64,000 nt of DNA from assembly GCA_043228905.1 (NCBI GenBank), contig JBHGNT010000013.1:19282001-19346000 (forward strand), read 5' to 3'. This document shows positions 11,878-25,169 of the stretch, in pieces. Under the pieces are notes generated by a model. It saw nothing but the letters and a program-made list of their open reading frames with translations, searched no databases and was not told the origin of the DNA. A program made the position numbers and the translations under genes. This DNA is from Azolla caroliniana (taxonomy: Eukaryota > Plantae > Polypodiophyta). The stretch's first letter is position 1. Each line of letters begins with the position of its first letter.

Positions 11878-12619
11878 CAACTCTATTATAATTCCTCTAA
11901 CTTCTAATTTTGTCCATATCCTTTGGATTTTCAAACTAACCCAAAATTCCAAATACCGACGATATTTTTGCATGCATTTCCTACAATTGGCAACATGACA
12001 CATCTTAGTTCAATATTTTCAATCATGATTCAACCTTTGTCTAGATTTAGACAAGTAAAGCCCGTTCCATCCCAAATCAACAATAAATAACATAAATTGG
12101 TTGTTTTTTGCAAAGTCAATCAAACATTATAAGAACATCTAAGTTTTTTTTATCATTGTTTAGCATGAGGATTTGGTCTTTGATATATTTCCTTGAGTAG
12201 TCATGTTTCTTGTTGATCGTGCATGCATCCGGTTATTCTTGTTTCATTTTTAGAGTCATGTGCAACCCTTTCCTGGATTTAACTCACTCACTACCCCCTC
12301 AAGTTGAAATTCATGCTCATGGAAGGTTCATGGTTTAGGAGATTTTGGATTCTTTTTAATTTTTCTTTTCTTTCCCCTTGAAAGATATGCCTTGGTATTA
12401 TAAGATCATAAGGAACAGAAGTTGGAGAAACAAACATAACATCCGAATCCCATTGACCCATATGGCCGATTTGATATATATATACACCAACCAAACATAT
12501 AAGGCAAATTTAAATGAGCCACTCAACGTGGAAGTACATAAAATTGGCCTTCTTTCATGCATTTTCTAGCATTTAAAACAGAGCAACATGTAGATTGCAG
12601 TAACTCAAAATCAACAAAA

Positions 12620-12990
12620 GCCAACTACAAAGTTAATACACATTGTTTCTCAAAATGATGGAACCGTATACATCCATCTTCATCTTATCTTACATCTACC
12701 TTCCCTGAAAATGAGCATCGAATCCCATAACCTTTTAAAATGCATCTGCTTCCTGAAAATAGCATAAGAATTCACTGTTAAACTTACATAGTGAACACGT
12801 TATGTATGAATGAAAAGCAATAAGAACTCAACAATTATTGCAGAAACATCTTGAGTGACATTGTCAAAAATTGATGCACATCGCGCCTTCCAAATCACCC
12901 AAGCCAAGATAGATGAAATTGTCTTCCAAATAATTTCATCCCAAATTTGCAACTTGTCAATCAAAAAAGGGTGAACCATTGGATTCTTAA
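12620..12990 (-). mobile_element. LINE (L1-like) ORF2 3' remnant
   Basis: WKTISSILAWVIWKARCASIFDN matches the W-x-IWKxRC/N-xxIF motif downstream of zf-RVT in plant L1 ORF2. Confidence 0.6.
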
Positions 12991-13083
12991 TTAATATCAA
13001 TTTGGGTTAACTCCCTCACTCCCTTTGGGTTAACTAAAGGATTGGGGGGCATCATTCTCCAATGGCAAAGATCACATCATACA

Positions 13084-13197
13084 TGTTGGGTCTATCCATT
13101 CAAGTGGAGCCCACGGCATGGAATCGGTTCACAGCCGGTTGCTAACTCAGTGTCGAAGCAGCTTAGCCTCGGCTAAAAAGTAAAATCGTTATAATTA

Positions 13198-13247
<50 letters not shown>

Positions 13248-13955
13248 ATGTATGTTTTTTTTGGTATGCTTTTTTGGGTGTGTGTCCTTTTTCTTTTGTG
13301 TGTGTGAGTGTGTGTACAATAGGGACAAAGAAAGATGTTACTTTACAAACCTCATAAAAAGGATGCAAAAATAGCAAGACAAAAGTGTTGAGAGATAGAG
13401 AGGAAGAACAGAGCACGATACAGAGAAAACAACATATGAAAAACAAAAATAACGCTGAAAAACAAAGATGAGAGAGAGAGAGGTGTGTGAGAGAATCTTG
13501 TGAAGATTCTATAGAAAGAGAGCTCAAGAAAAGGGCAATCGAGAGCAAGAACACGTTGAAGAAGTGAAGACGGAGATCTCACGAGGTGCTGTCCAGACTA
13601 CCCAAAGAGTCGACAACAACTCTTTTGTCTATTTGTAACAGGTTTATTTGTTCTGTGTTTTTCGGTTTCTTCTTGTTGTTCATTTCACCCGTTAGGGTGA
13701 ATATTGTAACCAAGGTTGTGGCCTTGAAATATGTGTGTATTCCTCTAAAGTGTTAGCTCTAGAGGCTGCCAACACCTTGTATACTCAGAAAAAAGTGAAT
13801 ATGTTTCGGAACCTAAGGTTCCCGTGGTTTTTCCCATATTTGGGTTTTCCACATTAAATTTCGGTGTACTCTCATTTTTTGTCTTGTGGTTTCGTCTATT
13901 TGGAAACTTGTGTTAGTAGTGTAAATCATCCCGATTCAGATCCATATTCTTAACA
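13084..13955 (+). repeat. 5' LTR of copia A
   Basis: TGTTGGGTCTATCC...TTAACA, homologous to 28168-28983. Confidence 0.93.
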
Positions 13956-14000
13956 CGTGGTATCAAAGCGAGGTTCATACCCTTCGCAAAGATTTGTAAT

Positions 14001-15269
14001 ATGGATGAATCATTAGGCAGGTTGATTAAGTTGACTGAACCCAACTGCTCCATTAGGAAATCCAAAATGAGAGACATGTTGGTGTGTAAGGACATGTGGT
14101 TGCCCGTACAACATGGTACAAGCAAACCCGAGAACATAGATGCATCAACTTGGGAAGCAATGCATCGAAAAACAAAATCATACATACGTTGTTTTATAGA
14201 CATGAGTCTATATAACAATTTCAGTGATGAAACCAAAGCACACGAATTATGGGGGAAAATCAAAACCATCTTTCAGACTAAAAACGCCTTAAATGGAGTC
14301 TTTGTGTTTAGGAAACTTGTAAGACTTAGATATCAAGATGGCTCTAGTATGGCAGAGCATCTAAACACATTTCAAGGACTAATAAGTCAAACCATCCTTC
14401 TAGATATACCTCTAGCAAATGAGGTGTTGACCTTGTTATTGTTAGGCTCTCTCCCAAATAGTTGGGAAACCCTTGTTGTGACTCTTGGGACTGCAACGCA
14501 ACAAAAGGAGCTAACATTGGACATGCTTAAGTCAAGTCTTCTATATGAAGAAGCACGACGAAAGGAGCATGAGTCCAACTTTGACCATAAAGCCTTAGTC
14601 ATAGAAAACAACTCCTCTAAAGGAAGCAACCATGCTAGGGGTCCACAAAATCACATAAATAATTCTAAGGGGAGGTCTAAATCTAGAAGTAGAAAAGACT
14701 TTGAAAGAAAGATTTTTCATGTCGTTATTGTGGTGGTCCAAACCATTATGAGAGAGACTGTTGGAAGAAAAAGAAAGACCAAAAGAAAGTAACCACTGAC
14801 AATAAGAGCAATGACCCCACTACAGCCACTTGTGATGGCGACATTGTCATTGCCTGTGATTATGTGTGTGTTAGCTTAGCATGCCAACAAACTGATTAGA
14901 TTATTGACTCAAGAGCCTCGTATCACATTACTCCGTATCGAGAGATTTTCTCATCATATGCCGGTGGTGACTTTGGCAAAGTCAAATGGCTAACCACGGC
15001 ATAACAAAGGTTGTTGGCATAGGAAATATAATTCTAAGCACGGACACCGGTTGCAAACTAGTATTAAATGATGTTAGGCATGTACCGGACATTCGGTTGA
15101 ATATTATTTTGACCGGTAAGCTTGATGATGAGGGTTACACAAATTCCTTTGGTGAAGGAAAATGGAAACTCATCAAAGGATCGCTAGTATTAGCAAGTTG
15201 ATAAAACAGAATTCCCTCTATGTAATGCGTGCTATGGTGTTCAATGGAGAGGTGAATGTAGCCGATAAG
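14001..15269 (+). pseudogene. Copia A gag-protease (frameshift and stops), cut by insertion of B
   Basis: Gag LLLGSLPNSWETLVVTL, frameshifted CCHC, and protease *IIDSRASYHIT. Confidence 0.9.
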
Positions 15270-15881
15270 TGAAGAGAAATGCACATAATATCGCCCGGCC
15301 ACAACCGAGTAGTAAATCACTTCTATAAGAATCAAACACAGAAATGGGAAGTGGAGAGTACACAAGAAGATGACATAGGATGTTTACGTGGAAAACCCTA
15401 ATAGGGAAAAAACCACGAGAGCCCACAGACTCCGAACTATCACTATGAAGAGAAGGGGTACAATCAAACGCTCGGAGGCAATGACCTCAAGCTCTATTTT
15501 TCTTCGCACAGTGGCGTTACAACAGAGTATAGCTCTGTATCTCTCTCTCTCTCTCTCTCCCTCTCTCTCTCACTCTGTACAACAATTACAGCAATATGAC
15601 AACAACTCAATCTACGACCACTACTAAAGTGATTGCCCTAAGTCATATTTATAGTTATATGAACTTAGGGCTATTTACAGATATAGCCTCAATGGGCTGA
15701 TTCAAGACATATTTACAAATATGTCTTCTCTTCCGGTTCTCACCGGTTCTCTTCCGGTTCTCACCGGCTCTCTTCCAGTTCTCACTGGGTCCACCGATCC
15801 GGTTTCCAAATCTCTTCTCGTTCTCACCGGGTCCTCTTTATTCATCACCAGATCCCATCCGGAGAGACCGATTTCCCAACA
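15270..15881 (-). repeat. 3' LTR of copia B
   Basis: tgaagagaaatgc...ttcccaaca, homologous to 24834-25439. Confidence 0.95.
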
Positions 15882-16735
15882 ATCTCCCCCTTCACTCCGG
15901 TATGGGATGTCTTGTAAGTCCGATCTGCTTCCGGCATGCGTCCAACTTGTCGGGTGTCAGCACCTTGGTCAGCATATACGACCCGTTCTCCTCTGTGTGG
16001 ATCTTCATCAGCACAAACTCTCGATCTTCAACTCACTCCCGGATCCAATGGTACCTGCGTTGGATGTGCTTCGTTCTAGAATGGTATGTCGTGTTCTTTG
16101 CAAGGTAGATGGCACTTTGACTGTCGTAGTAGAGCCGGTATTCCTCTTGCCGGATCCCTAGCTCTCTGATGAAGTCCTTCATCCATAATATTTCCTTGCC
16201 GGCTTCCACGACTGCCATGTACTCCGCCTCCGTGGTTGACAACGCAACCGTTTTCTGCAACCTCGACTGCCACAAAATGGCTCCCCTTGCATAGGTCATG
16301 ACATATCCGGAAGTTGATCGGCTAGTGTCCACATCAGCCAACATATCCGAATCGGTAAAGCCTTCCATGAGGGGTTTACCGGAGCTGAATCGGAGTCACA
16401 TACTCGAAGTGCCCTTCAAGTACCGGAGTATCCATTTTACCGCATTCCAATGCTCTTTTTTGGGGTTGGTCATGAACCGACTCATGACTCCGACTGCGTA
16501 TCCAATATTTGGTCGAGTACACACCATTGCATACATCAAGCTCCTGACCGCAGAGGCATATGGAATCTTCATCATATCCGCCTTCTTTGCCTTTGTCTTC
16601 GGGCTTTGCTTACCGGATAATCTGCAGTTTGCCGGGAGTGTTGATCCGACCGGTTTTGCTTCTGACATGTTAAACCGCTGAAGCACCTTTGTCACATACT
16701 TTTCCTGTGACAACCATAATTGCTTCTTCGACCGG

Positions 16736-16794
16736 TGTCGCGAAGTCTCGCGTTCGCGTGTAGGAAGAGGCGGGACCACGGGGGTCTCGAACCA

Positions 16795-16840
<46 letters not shown>

Positions 16841-19800
16841 AAGAGATGCAAGTACACAAGAAGAGATTAAGAGCAAGAAAAACAAGAATCCGATTACTAT
16901 AGTCAATAGCTTACAACCCGAGCACTTACAACCAGCAACACGGTAATGGACCCGACACGAGGTCCTACTCACGCACACCGACGACAGCCACACGACTCGA
17001 AGAAAAAAAGGGGAGGAAGGGAAGAGGAGACTCTGCTGGAAGCACACGGGTTGTCCACGAAGCAGAGGTAGTGAACTCCCGTCACCCGCAAAGAACGACG
17101 ATTGGAGGAGAGAGAGCTCGGCACTCGATTCTGCAGTAGCACTTCGTCCTCGCCAACGCGCGATATTTTCTCTCCCTTCTCTCCTCTCCTTAAATAGTTC
17201 CCAAAAGGGGGGTGCCCTTTTTCCTTAGTCAAATCTCTTTATTCCCTGTCCCTTCTGACAGAGATATGCACAATCCAGCCCATCCGTGTAAGAGCCGGTT
17301 CATGCGCCCTTTTCTCCAATTCCGCCTATGCCTGGTTTTCTTCACGACATCCACTCCCACCAAACCGCGCATCCACCGGCATGCGCCAGAGACAGGTAGA
17401 TACCGAAGAAAACCAGCTTCTCTCGTCGCTCTCCGATTCTCCGACGGGCCCAAACTGATCATCGTTGTCGCTCCTGCTCGTCTTCGAACCGCTTCTTGAA
17501 CGCTTTGATCTGCTTCCCGGCCACTGGCACCGCTAACCATGTCCCTTCGAGTTCCGCGATGTGGTACGTGTCGTTGTCGTTCGCGCTCGTCACCGTATAG
17601 GGCTTGAACCATCTCCTAGCGAACTTTCGCACCGCCTTGTGCTGATTGTCGAGGCTGTTGTCGTATACCAAGACCCAGTCGCCTTCCTCGATCTTCTTTG
17701 GTCGCAACCGGTGCGTCCGGTTGAACCGGGTCTTGTTCCACTCCCTTGCCCCTCATAGCTTTTCCTTCGCCCGTTTCACGTCCTCCGGCCTCCGCTCGAG
17801 TTGCCGAATCATCGCCGCCAGCAACTCCTCCCGGCTCATTTCATCCTTCCAATCTACCGCCGCCCATGAAGAAACCGTCCGTTCCACCGGCATGATCGGC
17901 TTCTGTCCGTACATCAGCTCTGCTGGCATAAACCCTGTCACCGAGCTGTGCGTAGTTCGGTCCGCCCATAGTGCGTAAGGAAGGAGCCGCGGCCAATTCC
18001 CGACCTGCCCTCCGCATGCACACACCAACGCCTTTACGATCGACTCGTGCCCACGTTCTACCTTTCCGTTCGCCTCCGGATTGTACGCCGTAGTGAGGGA
18101 GAGTTTGACGCCTAGCAGGTCGAACAACTCCTCAGCTTCCCGCGCATCCAGCTCTCCCCGGTCCGCCACGATCCTCCCTACGCACCCGTATCGACACATT
18201 ACCTCTTCAATCAAGAACTGGCATACCGCCGCGGTTGTCTTTTTCTGAAGTGCACGACCTTCCACCTAGTTCGTTAAGTCTTCCCGTGCAAGCACCAGGT
18301 ATCGCATCTGTCCTACTCCCATCGGCATCGTCACCAAGTCCACCATCCACTTGAAATGGACCGTAGGCGGGTAGGTCGGGTGTAGCTCGTCCCGGTGTCG
18401 GGCTATAGAGTGCATCTGACAGCTTTTGCAAGTCGTTACAAACCGATGCACGTCCTGGTACAGCCCCGGCCACCAGTACTTCTCCTTCAGCTTCTCGAAC
18501 ATGGCCCACGTTCCGCGGTGTCCGGCCCAGGGACTCTCGTGAAATGCCGCCAATAGTTCCTCTTGTTCTTCTTCCTTTGTCACTACTCGGAGCGGGATGC
18601 CGTTTCTCTTCTTTGGGTGCCTCCATATGCACTTGTCTCGCAAGAAGAATCTGTACGCCTTCTTCCGTACCCGGCTCGCCTCTTCTCTCGTCCACGCTGC
18701 GTCCGGCGTCATCGTCCGTAGGAACCTCCCGATTTGGAGCCACTCCCCGTCGTACCTGCTTTCATCAAATTCGTTAAGCGCTGGAGTATCCCTTCCCTTC
18801 GTCGTTACGTTAGCCGACCCGAAGAAGTTCTCGCCGACTTCTTCGTCATCCGAAACCATGCCATGCCGTCTTCGTCGTTGAACCTTGCTCTCGAAAGCAT
18901 GTCCGCCATGGCGTTATCCTTTCCGGAGATGTGTCGTATCTCTGGGTTCATGGACTTAATGTACGCTATCCACCGGAGCATTGCTAGGTCCAGCGTCGCA
19001 GATCCGGAAACCATGCCGAGTATCGGCAAGCAGTCCGTCTCGATGATCACCTCCGTCCCTATCAGATAGTCCTTGTCGGCCTTAACTGCCGAAACGATAC
19101 CCCAAAGCTCGCGCTTAACTTGGGCGTATCCTCTCTGCCGCTCGCTCAATACCTTTGCCCCGAACCGGATTGGGAATCGTACGTCGTCCTTGTCCTCCTG
19201 ACTGATTACCCACCCGATCCCGGTCGGGCTCGTGCCCACCGTAACGCAAATGGGGACACCCTTGCCGTAAACCGCTTTACGGAGGGCCGGCGCTACCGTG
19301 AGCACCTCCTTTAGTCTCCGGACCGACTCTGTGTGCTCCGTCCTCCACTTGAACCCACGCTCTTTCTTCAATAACTCGTAGAGAGGCTCCGCAACATGCG
19401 CGTAGTGCGGAATCCAGATGTGGTAGGACGTGCATGCCCCCAAGAATCTGCGGACTTCCGTGACCAACCCGCAATCGTCCCTCATCGCGGAGATGGCCTC
19501 TACCTTTGCCGGATACGGTTTCCTACCGTAGGACCCGCACAGGTGTCCGACCACCAAGATCTTCGACTGTCCGAACGCCGATTTTTCTCCGGCAGTAGAA
19601 AGTCACCCCCAACAACCTTGAGCTCCCGTAGCGTTATGTCGATGAACCGGTGCCCTATGCCAACCGGATTCCGTAAACTCGGGTCCAACGCGACCCCTTT
19701 TATCCACTCCTCGCTACCCTCCGGCAAGGGTGCCGCGACCGGCCTCAACTTCCGGTCCACCGTCTTGTACTTTGTACTCACGCAGGTCGTCCGATCCGAC

Positions 19801-20798
19801 CCGATCCTTTCCCCGAAGTCCGTGATGACTTCATACATTCCCATCGAACCCACCGGAACGGTCCGGTCTTCTCTAAGGTCTTCACCGATCACCTTTCGCA
19901 ACTCGCCCAAGGTGTCGTCAAAAGAGACCGCCTCCACGGCGCCGCTGATCTCTTCGTCGGGGGAAAGGACTCTGCATCCCCTGAGCCGCTCCTCTGCTCG
20001 CTTCCTTTCCCGGCCGTTGCCGGCCATAGTACAACCTCTGTTGTCGGAGAACCAAAATTTCCTACCTATGGTACAGGTTTTCTTCCCTACTATACATTTG
20101 TGGGGTTTTTCCGGTACGTCCGGACTACCGCAGCCCCACGCCTTGATAGCCCTCTCTAAAAATCCCCTCGTCTTTCGACTTCTTTGCCACCTTTTCACGT
20201 TGGGTTCACCAATTATGTCGCGAAGTCTCGCGTTCGCGTGTAGGAAGAGGCGGGACCACAGGGGGTCTCGAACCAAGGAGAGAGAGAGAGAGAGATACAA
20301 GTACACAGGAAGAGATTAAGAGCAAGAAAAACAAGAATCTGATTACTATAGTCAATAGCTTACAACCCGAGCACTTACAACCGGCAACCTAGTAATGAAC
20401 CTGACACGGGGTCCTACTCACGCACACCGATGACAGCCACACGACTCGAAGAAACAAAGGGGAGGAAGGGAAGAGGGAGACTCTGCTGGAAGCACACGGG
20501 CTGTCCACGAAGTAGAGGTAGCGAACTCCCGACACCCGTAGAGAACGACGATTGGAGGAGGGAGAGCTCGGCACTCGGTTCTACAGCAGCACTTCGTCCT
20601 CGCCAACGTGCGATATTTTCTCTCCCTTCTCTCCTCTCCTTAAATAGTTCCCAAAAGGGGGTGCCCTTTTTCCTTAGTCAAATCGCTTTATTCCATGTCC
20701 CTTCTGGCAAAGATACGCACAATCCCGCCCATCCGTGTAAGAGCCGGTTCATGCACCCTTTTCTCTGATTCCGCCTATGCCCGGTTTTCTTCACGACA
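16736..20798 (-). mobile_element. Gypsy element C (non-chromovirus, Phygy/Selgy-like), internally deleted, nested in the RT of B
   Basis: LTRs 16736-17349 and 20216-20798, PBS TGGTGAACCCAACGTGAA (20194-20211, plant tRNA-Trp-like), PPT gtgggagtgga, 4-bp TSD CCGG. Removing C restores B's MHIIRNRSKKQLW. Confidence 0.93.
17440..19960 (-). pseudogene. Element C pol remnant: RT ends, RNase H, integrase (gag, PR and RT core absent)
   Basis: KYKTVDRKLRPV, YAQVKRELWG..ETDC RNase H, H..GHRG..CKSCQ, WMVDL/ADRGE/NGKVER integrase. Confidence 0.88.
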
Positions 20799-22158
20799 CC
20801 GGTTCCGGATGATGTGCATCCCCAGTATCTGTCTTGCCAAACCCAAGTCTTTCATTGAGAATGTCCGGTTAAGGGCCTTCTTCAGCATCTGTATCTTGAC
20901 TTTGTCTCGCCCGACGATCAACATGTCTTCCACGTACAAGAGAAATATCAGGAAATCTCCTCCATCAAATGTCTTTACAAACACGCATTGATCAGCCAGC
21001 GTCTTGTGGTACCCTTGATCGGTCATGAAGGAGTCAAACTTCTGGTACCATTGCTTAGGGACTTGCTTCAGTCCGTATAGGCTCTTCTTCAGTCGGCATA
21101 CCAGGTGCTCCTTCCCTTTCTTCTCAAATCCTTCCGGTTGATGCATGTGGATCTCTTCTTCGAGGTCTCCATGTAGGAATGTCATCTTGACGTCCAGTTG
21201 CTCTACCTCAAGGTCCATGCTTGTCGCTATGCCCAATACCATTCGGATGGATGTCATCTTCACTACCGGGGCAAAGATCTCATTGAAGTCCACTCCTTTC
21301 TTCTGTTGGAAGCCCTTCACCACGATTCGGGCCTTATACCTTGTTGGATTTCCGACGTCTCCCGGTTTTAGCTTGTACACCCACTTGTTCCGGAGTGCCC
21401 TCTTTTCTTTCGGCAACTCCACCAATTCATATGTGTGGTTCTCATGCAAGGAATCCATCTCATCCTGCATGGCACTCAACCACTTCTTGCTATGGGTGTC
21501 TCCCCTTGCTTCTTGAAAACTTTCCGGCTCCCCCTCATCAGTTAGCAACACATGCTCTGCATTCAGAAATCTTTGGGGGGCTCTTCTCTCCCAGAGAAGA
21601 TATCTCCGTCATGGGTTTCGGACTGCCGGTTCCTCCGTTTGTTCCGAATCCGAATCTGATACAGGATCTTGTCCGGTTCTGGTGGCTTCTTCTTCTTCTT
21701 CGGTCGGTTCCGTTTCTTGTCCGAATCCGCCCGGTTCGTCGAGTGTCATCCGGTTACCGGCTAACATCCTGTTTTCAACTGGGTATATCCTTTTGTCCTT
21801 AAGCCGGTTTTCAATGAACGATCTGGAGTCTGTTGCCTTCTTCTCCGACTCCTAGTCGGCAATGGTTCTGTCTTCCATGAAGACTATGTCCAGACTCCGG
21901 AACATCTTTCTGTCGACCAAGTCCCACACCCGGTAACCGAACTCATCATTGTCGTATCCAAGGAAGATGCATGGCCGGGACTTCAGATCCAGCTTTGCTC
22001 TCTTGTCCTTCGCTACATGCATGTATGCGAGACACCCACCCGAACACCTTCAGATGCCGGTAAGACACATCCTTACCGGTCCATACTTTCTGTGGTGAGT
22101 CTCCGTCCAAGGGTACTAAGGGTTATCTGTTTATCACATAGGTCACCGTCGTCAGCGT

Positions 22159-22937
22159 TGTCGTGAAGATCCATTGCTACGTGCGGATCGTGAGGCGGAA
22201 CCGTCAGGGTTCTGGACCAGAAGGATTCGAAGTTTGCACAAGCTTTAGCGAGAAAGTATTCAAGATAGATTGAAAGAGAGAGAGAGAGTTTGAGATAAGG
22301 TAGAATTCTTGACTTTAGATTGAGAGACAAGATTAATACATCACATAAATGGAATAACGAATTTTCTTCCTCTTAATTTCTTGATTAATACATCGCTTTT
22401 ATTACATCCAAATTTTACATTCTAATTTTTTTACCTTTCAATTTTACATTTGTTTCCTACCATCTGTCTCTTGGGTCCCACATTGGTTCTCAACGCAACT
22501 GCCCAAACTACCCAAGTCTCTAGATGGAGTGTCCTACATGGGTATCACCACCATCCATCTCTTGGGTCTCACGTTGGCTTTCTGCAACTGCCCAAGTCTC
22601 CGGAACATGTGTCCTCCTCACATAGACACAAAGATAATAGCTTTTGCTCTGCCTTATATATGGTGAGATCCTTATTTGTCTTGTCTATGTGAGATATCTC
22701 ATAGTTTTATCTTTCTCTTTTCCATTGCAAACTTCCTACCCACATAACTTGAGACTTAGATGTCCGTTTCTTATGTAGTAAAGTGCATTCGAAAGCTCTT
22801 GAAGACCTCCATCTTTTTGTACTAAGATATTAAACTTATTTTAAATAGTATTTTCACTAATATTGTTTTATATGATTCATACTCGATTTCGTATGTTTTA
22901 TGCGATTTTCACACCATTGCCGAAAATCTTCACAACA
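22159..22937 (-). mobile_element. Gypsy solo LTR D nested in the integrase of B
   Basis: 12-bp TIR tgtcgtgaagat / atcttcacaaca, terminus shared with C. Flanks gcgt/acac are consistent with a decayed GCGC TSD that restores B's FWAEALT. TATA lies on the - strand near 22655. Confidence 0.85.
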
Positions 22938-24833
22938 ACACCTCAGCCCAAAACGTCTTGGGTAACTTGGCATGTGCGAGCATGCTCTGGACTCTCTCCA
23001 TTATGGTCCGGTTCATCCTTTCGGCTAGCCCGTTTATTTCCGGTGTCTTTGGCACAGTAAACTCGAGTCGGATTCCCTTCGATCGGCAGTAATCCTCAAA
23101 CTGCCCCCGGTATTCTCCTTTGTTATCTGCTCGAACCGCCTTCAGCTTTCAGCCGGTTTCTCTTTCCACTCTCATGTGGAGCTCCTTGAAGACGGATAAC
23201 ACTTGATCCTTCGACTTCAACGGTGAGACCCACAGTTTCCGGCTGTGGTCATCCATGAACGTCACAAAGTACTGCGATCCAGCATGTGACTTCGTGTCGA
23301 CTTGACACACATCAGTATGCACCAGATCCAGTGGTGCATTCCGTCTCATCTGTGGTCTTGACCAAAAGGAGGTGCGGTTTTGCTTGCCAACTAGGCAGTC
23401 AGTGCACTTCTCAAGTTGCACATCCTTCACCGGAATGAGGTTGTCTTCGGCAAGCCTCTTCATCCCCTTCTCACTCATGTGACACAAACTTTTGTGCCAC
23501 AGCTCACCGGCAGTGTCGAATGCTAGGTTCACTTCTTCCCGGCATATCCGAGCATTCATCAAGTATATTGTGTTGACCTTCCGGGCTCGAGCCACTATTA
23601 AGCTCCCTTTGCAGAACATCATGACACCGTTCCGGATGCTACCTGTGTAGCCTTCATCATCTAGCCGACCAGCGGATATCAGGTTCAGTCGAACCTCTGA
23701 AACGTGTCAGAAATCCTTCAATAGCAACTTGCATCTGGTTGATGTCGTCAACATCACATCTCCTATGCCGATAATTCAGCATGTCCCTTCATTCCCCATC
23801 CAAACACAACCGTGCTCACTAGCTCTGTAGGATGAGAATCATTTCCGGTCCGGGGTAAGGTGGAACGACGCTCCGAAATCGACAACCCATGTTGTCTTGT
23901 CGACGGCAAGGTTCAATTCACTCTCCTCGGTGATAAGCATTAGTTCTTCTTCACTTGCCGCGATCGCCGTCGTTACATTTCGGTCCGGACCTCGCCGATC
24001 CGAACCATTTCGGTCTGGGGACTTCTTCAAATCGGTATTGTCGGTTCCCTTGTCCTTCCGTAAATGCCGACACTTCTTCTGGAAGTGCCCCGGCTTGCCG
24101 CAATAGAAGCAAGCGGGCCACCCCCTTGACTTTGATCGTGTCCCCGACTTTTCCCGGTTCTGGGGACTCTGATTCCTTTGTCTTCCGTGTTCCGATTCGG
24201 TAAGGAGGGCTTTGGCGTCAGAGATTACCTCCTTGTCTTTCCGACATGCCTCCTCATCTAGAAAGATCGACTTGACCCTTGCTAGGGATAGTTGTTTTCC
24301 TTCCGGCCCGGTGTTGCCCAACGTGACAACTAATGTCTCCCAGCTATCCGGGCGGGAACTGAGCAGGAGCTGAGCAAGTACCTCATTGGCGAGAGGTACT
24401 TCCAACGAGGTTACTTGGTGTATCAGCCCCTGGAAGGCATTCATGTGCTCCGCCATACTAGAGCCATCTTGGTACCAGAGCCTCACTAGCTTCCGAAATA
24501 CCGAAACCCGATTAACGGCATTCTTGTTTTGGAACATGATGCCGATCTTCTCCCAGAGTTCATGAGCCTTGCTCTCTTCATTGAATTTGTTGTACATGCT
24601 CATGTCGATGAAGCACCGGATGTATGCCGTCGTCTTCATGTGCAGCACCTCCCACACTGTGGCATCGATCTTATCCGATCTCTTGTCCCCGAACTGAACC
24701 GGCAACCAAAGATCTTTGACCACCAGCATATCCCTCATCTTCGACTTCCACACTAAGTAGTTGGAGCCGGTGAGCTTGAACATGCCGCCGAACGATTCTT
24801 CCATTTTCTGTGTCGTTCGCTCTGATACCAGTT

Positions 24834-25102
24834 TGAAGAGAAATGCATGTAATATCGCTCGGCCACAACCGAGTAGTAAATCACTTCTATAAGAATCAAA
24901 CACAGAAATGGGAAGTGGAGAGTACACAAGAAGATGACACAGGATGTTTACGTGGAAAACCCTAATAGGGAAAAAACCACGGGAGCCCACAGACTCCGAA
25001 CTATCTCTATGAAGAGCAGGGGTACAATTAGAGGCTCGGAGGCAACGACCTCAAGCTCTATTTTTCTTCACACAGTGGCGGTTACAACTGAGTATAGCTC
25101 TG

Positions 25103-25169
<67 letters not shown>

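Larger units (their letters stand above)
15895..24804 (-). pseudogene. Copia B gag-pol, disrupted by stops/frameshifts and by insertions C and D
   Basis: Gag MEESFGGMFKL (ATG 24804), CFYCGKPGHFQKKC, WVVDFGASFH, LVHTDVC integrase, RT EQLDVKMTFLHG/LYVEDML, RNase H FTDSDM...ALSTTEAEY. Confidence 0.93.

Noticed and set aside
19396-20319. 307-aa plus-strand ORF as an antisense gene
   Set aside because: Antisense shadow of GC-rich gypsy pol/leader with no recognisable motif
24805-24990. N-terminal extension of copia B Gag
   Set aside because: Runs through LTR and PBS. Homology with copia A Gag begins at ATG 24804
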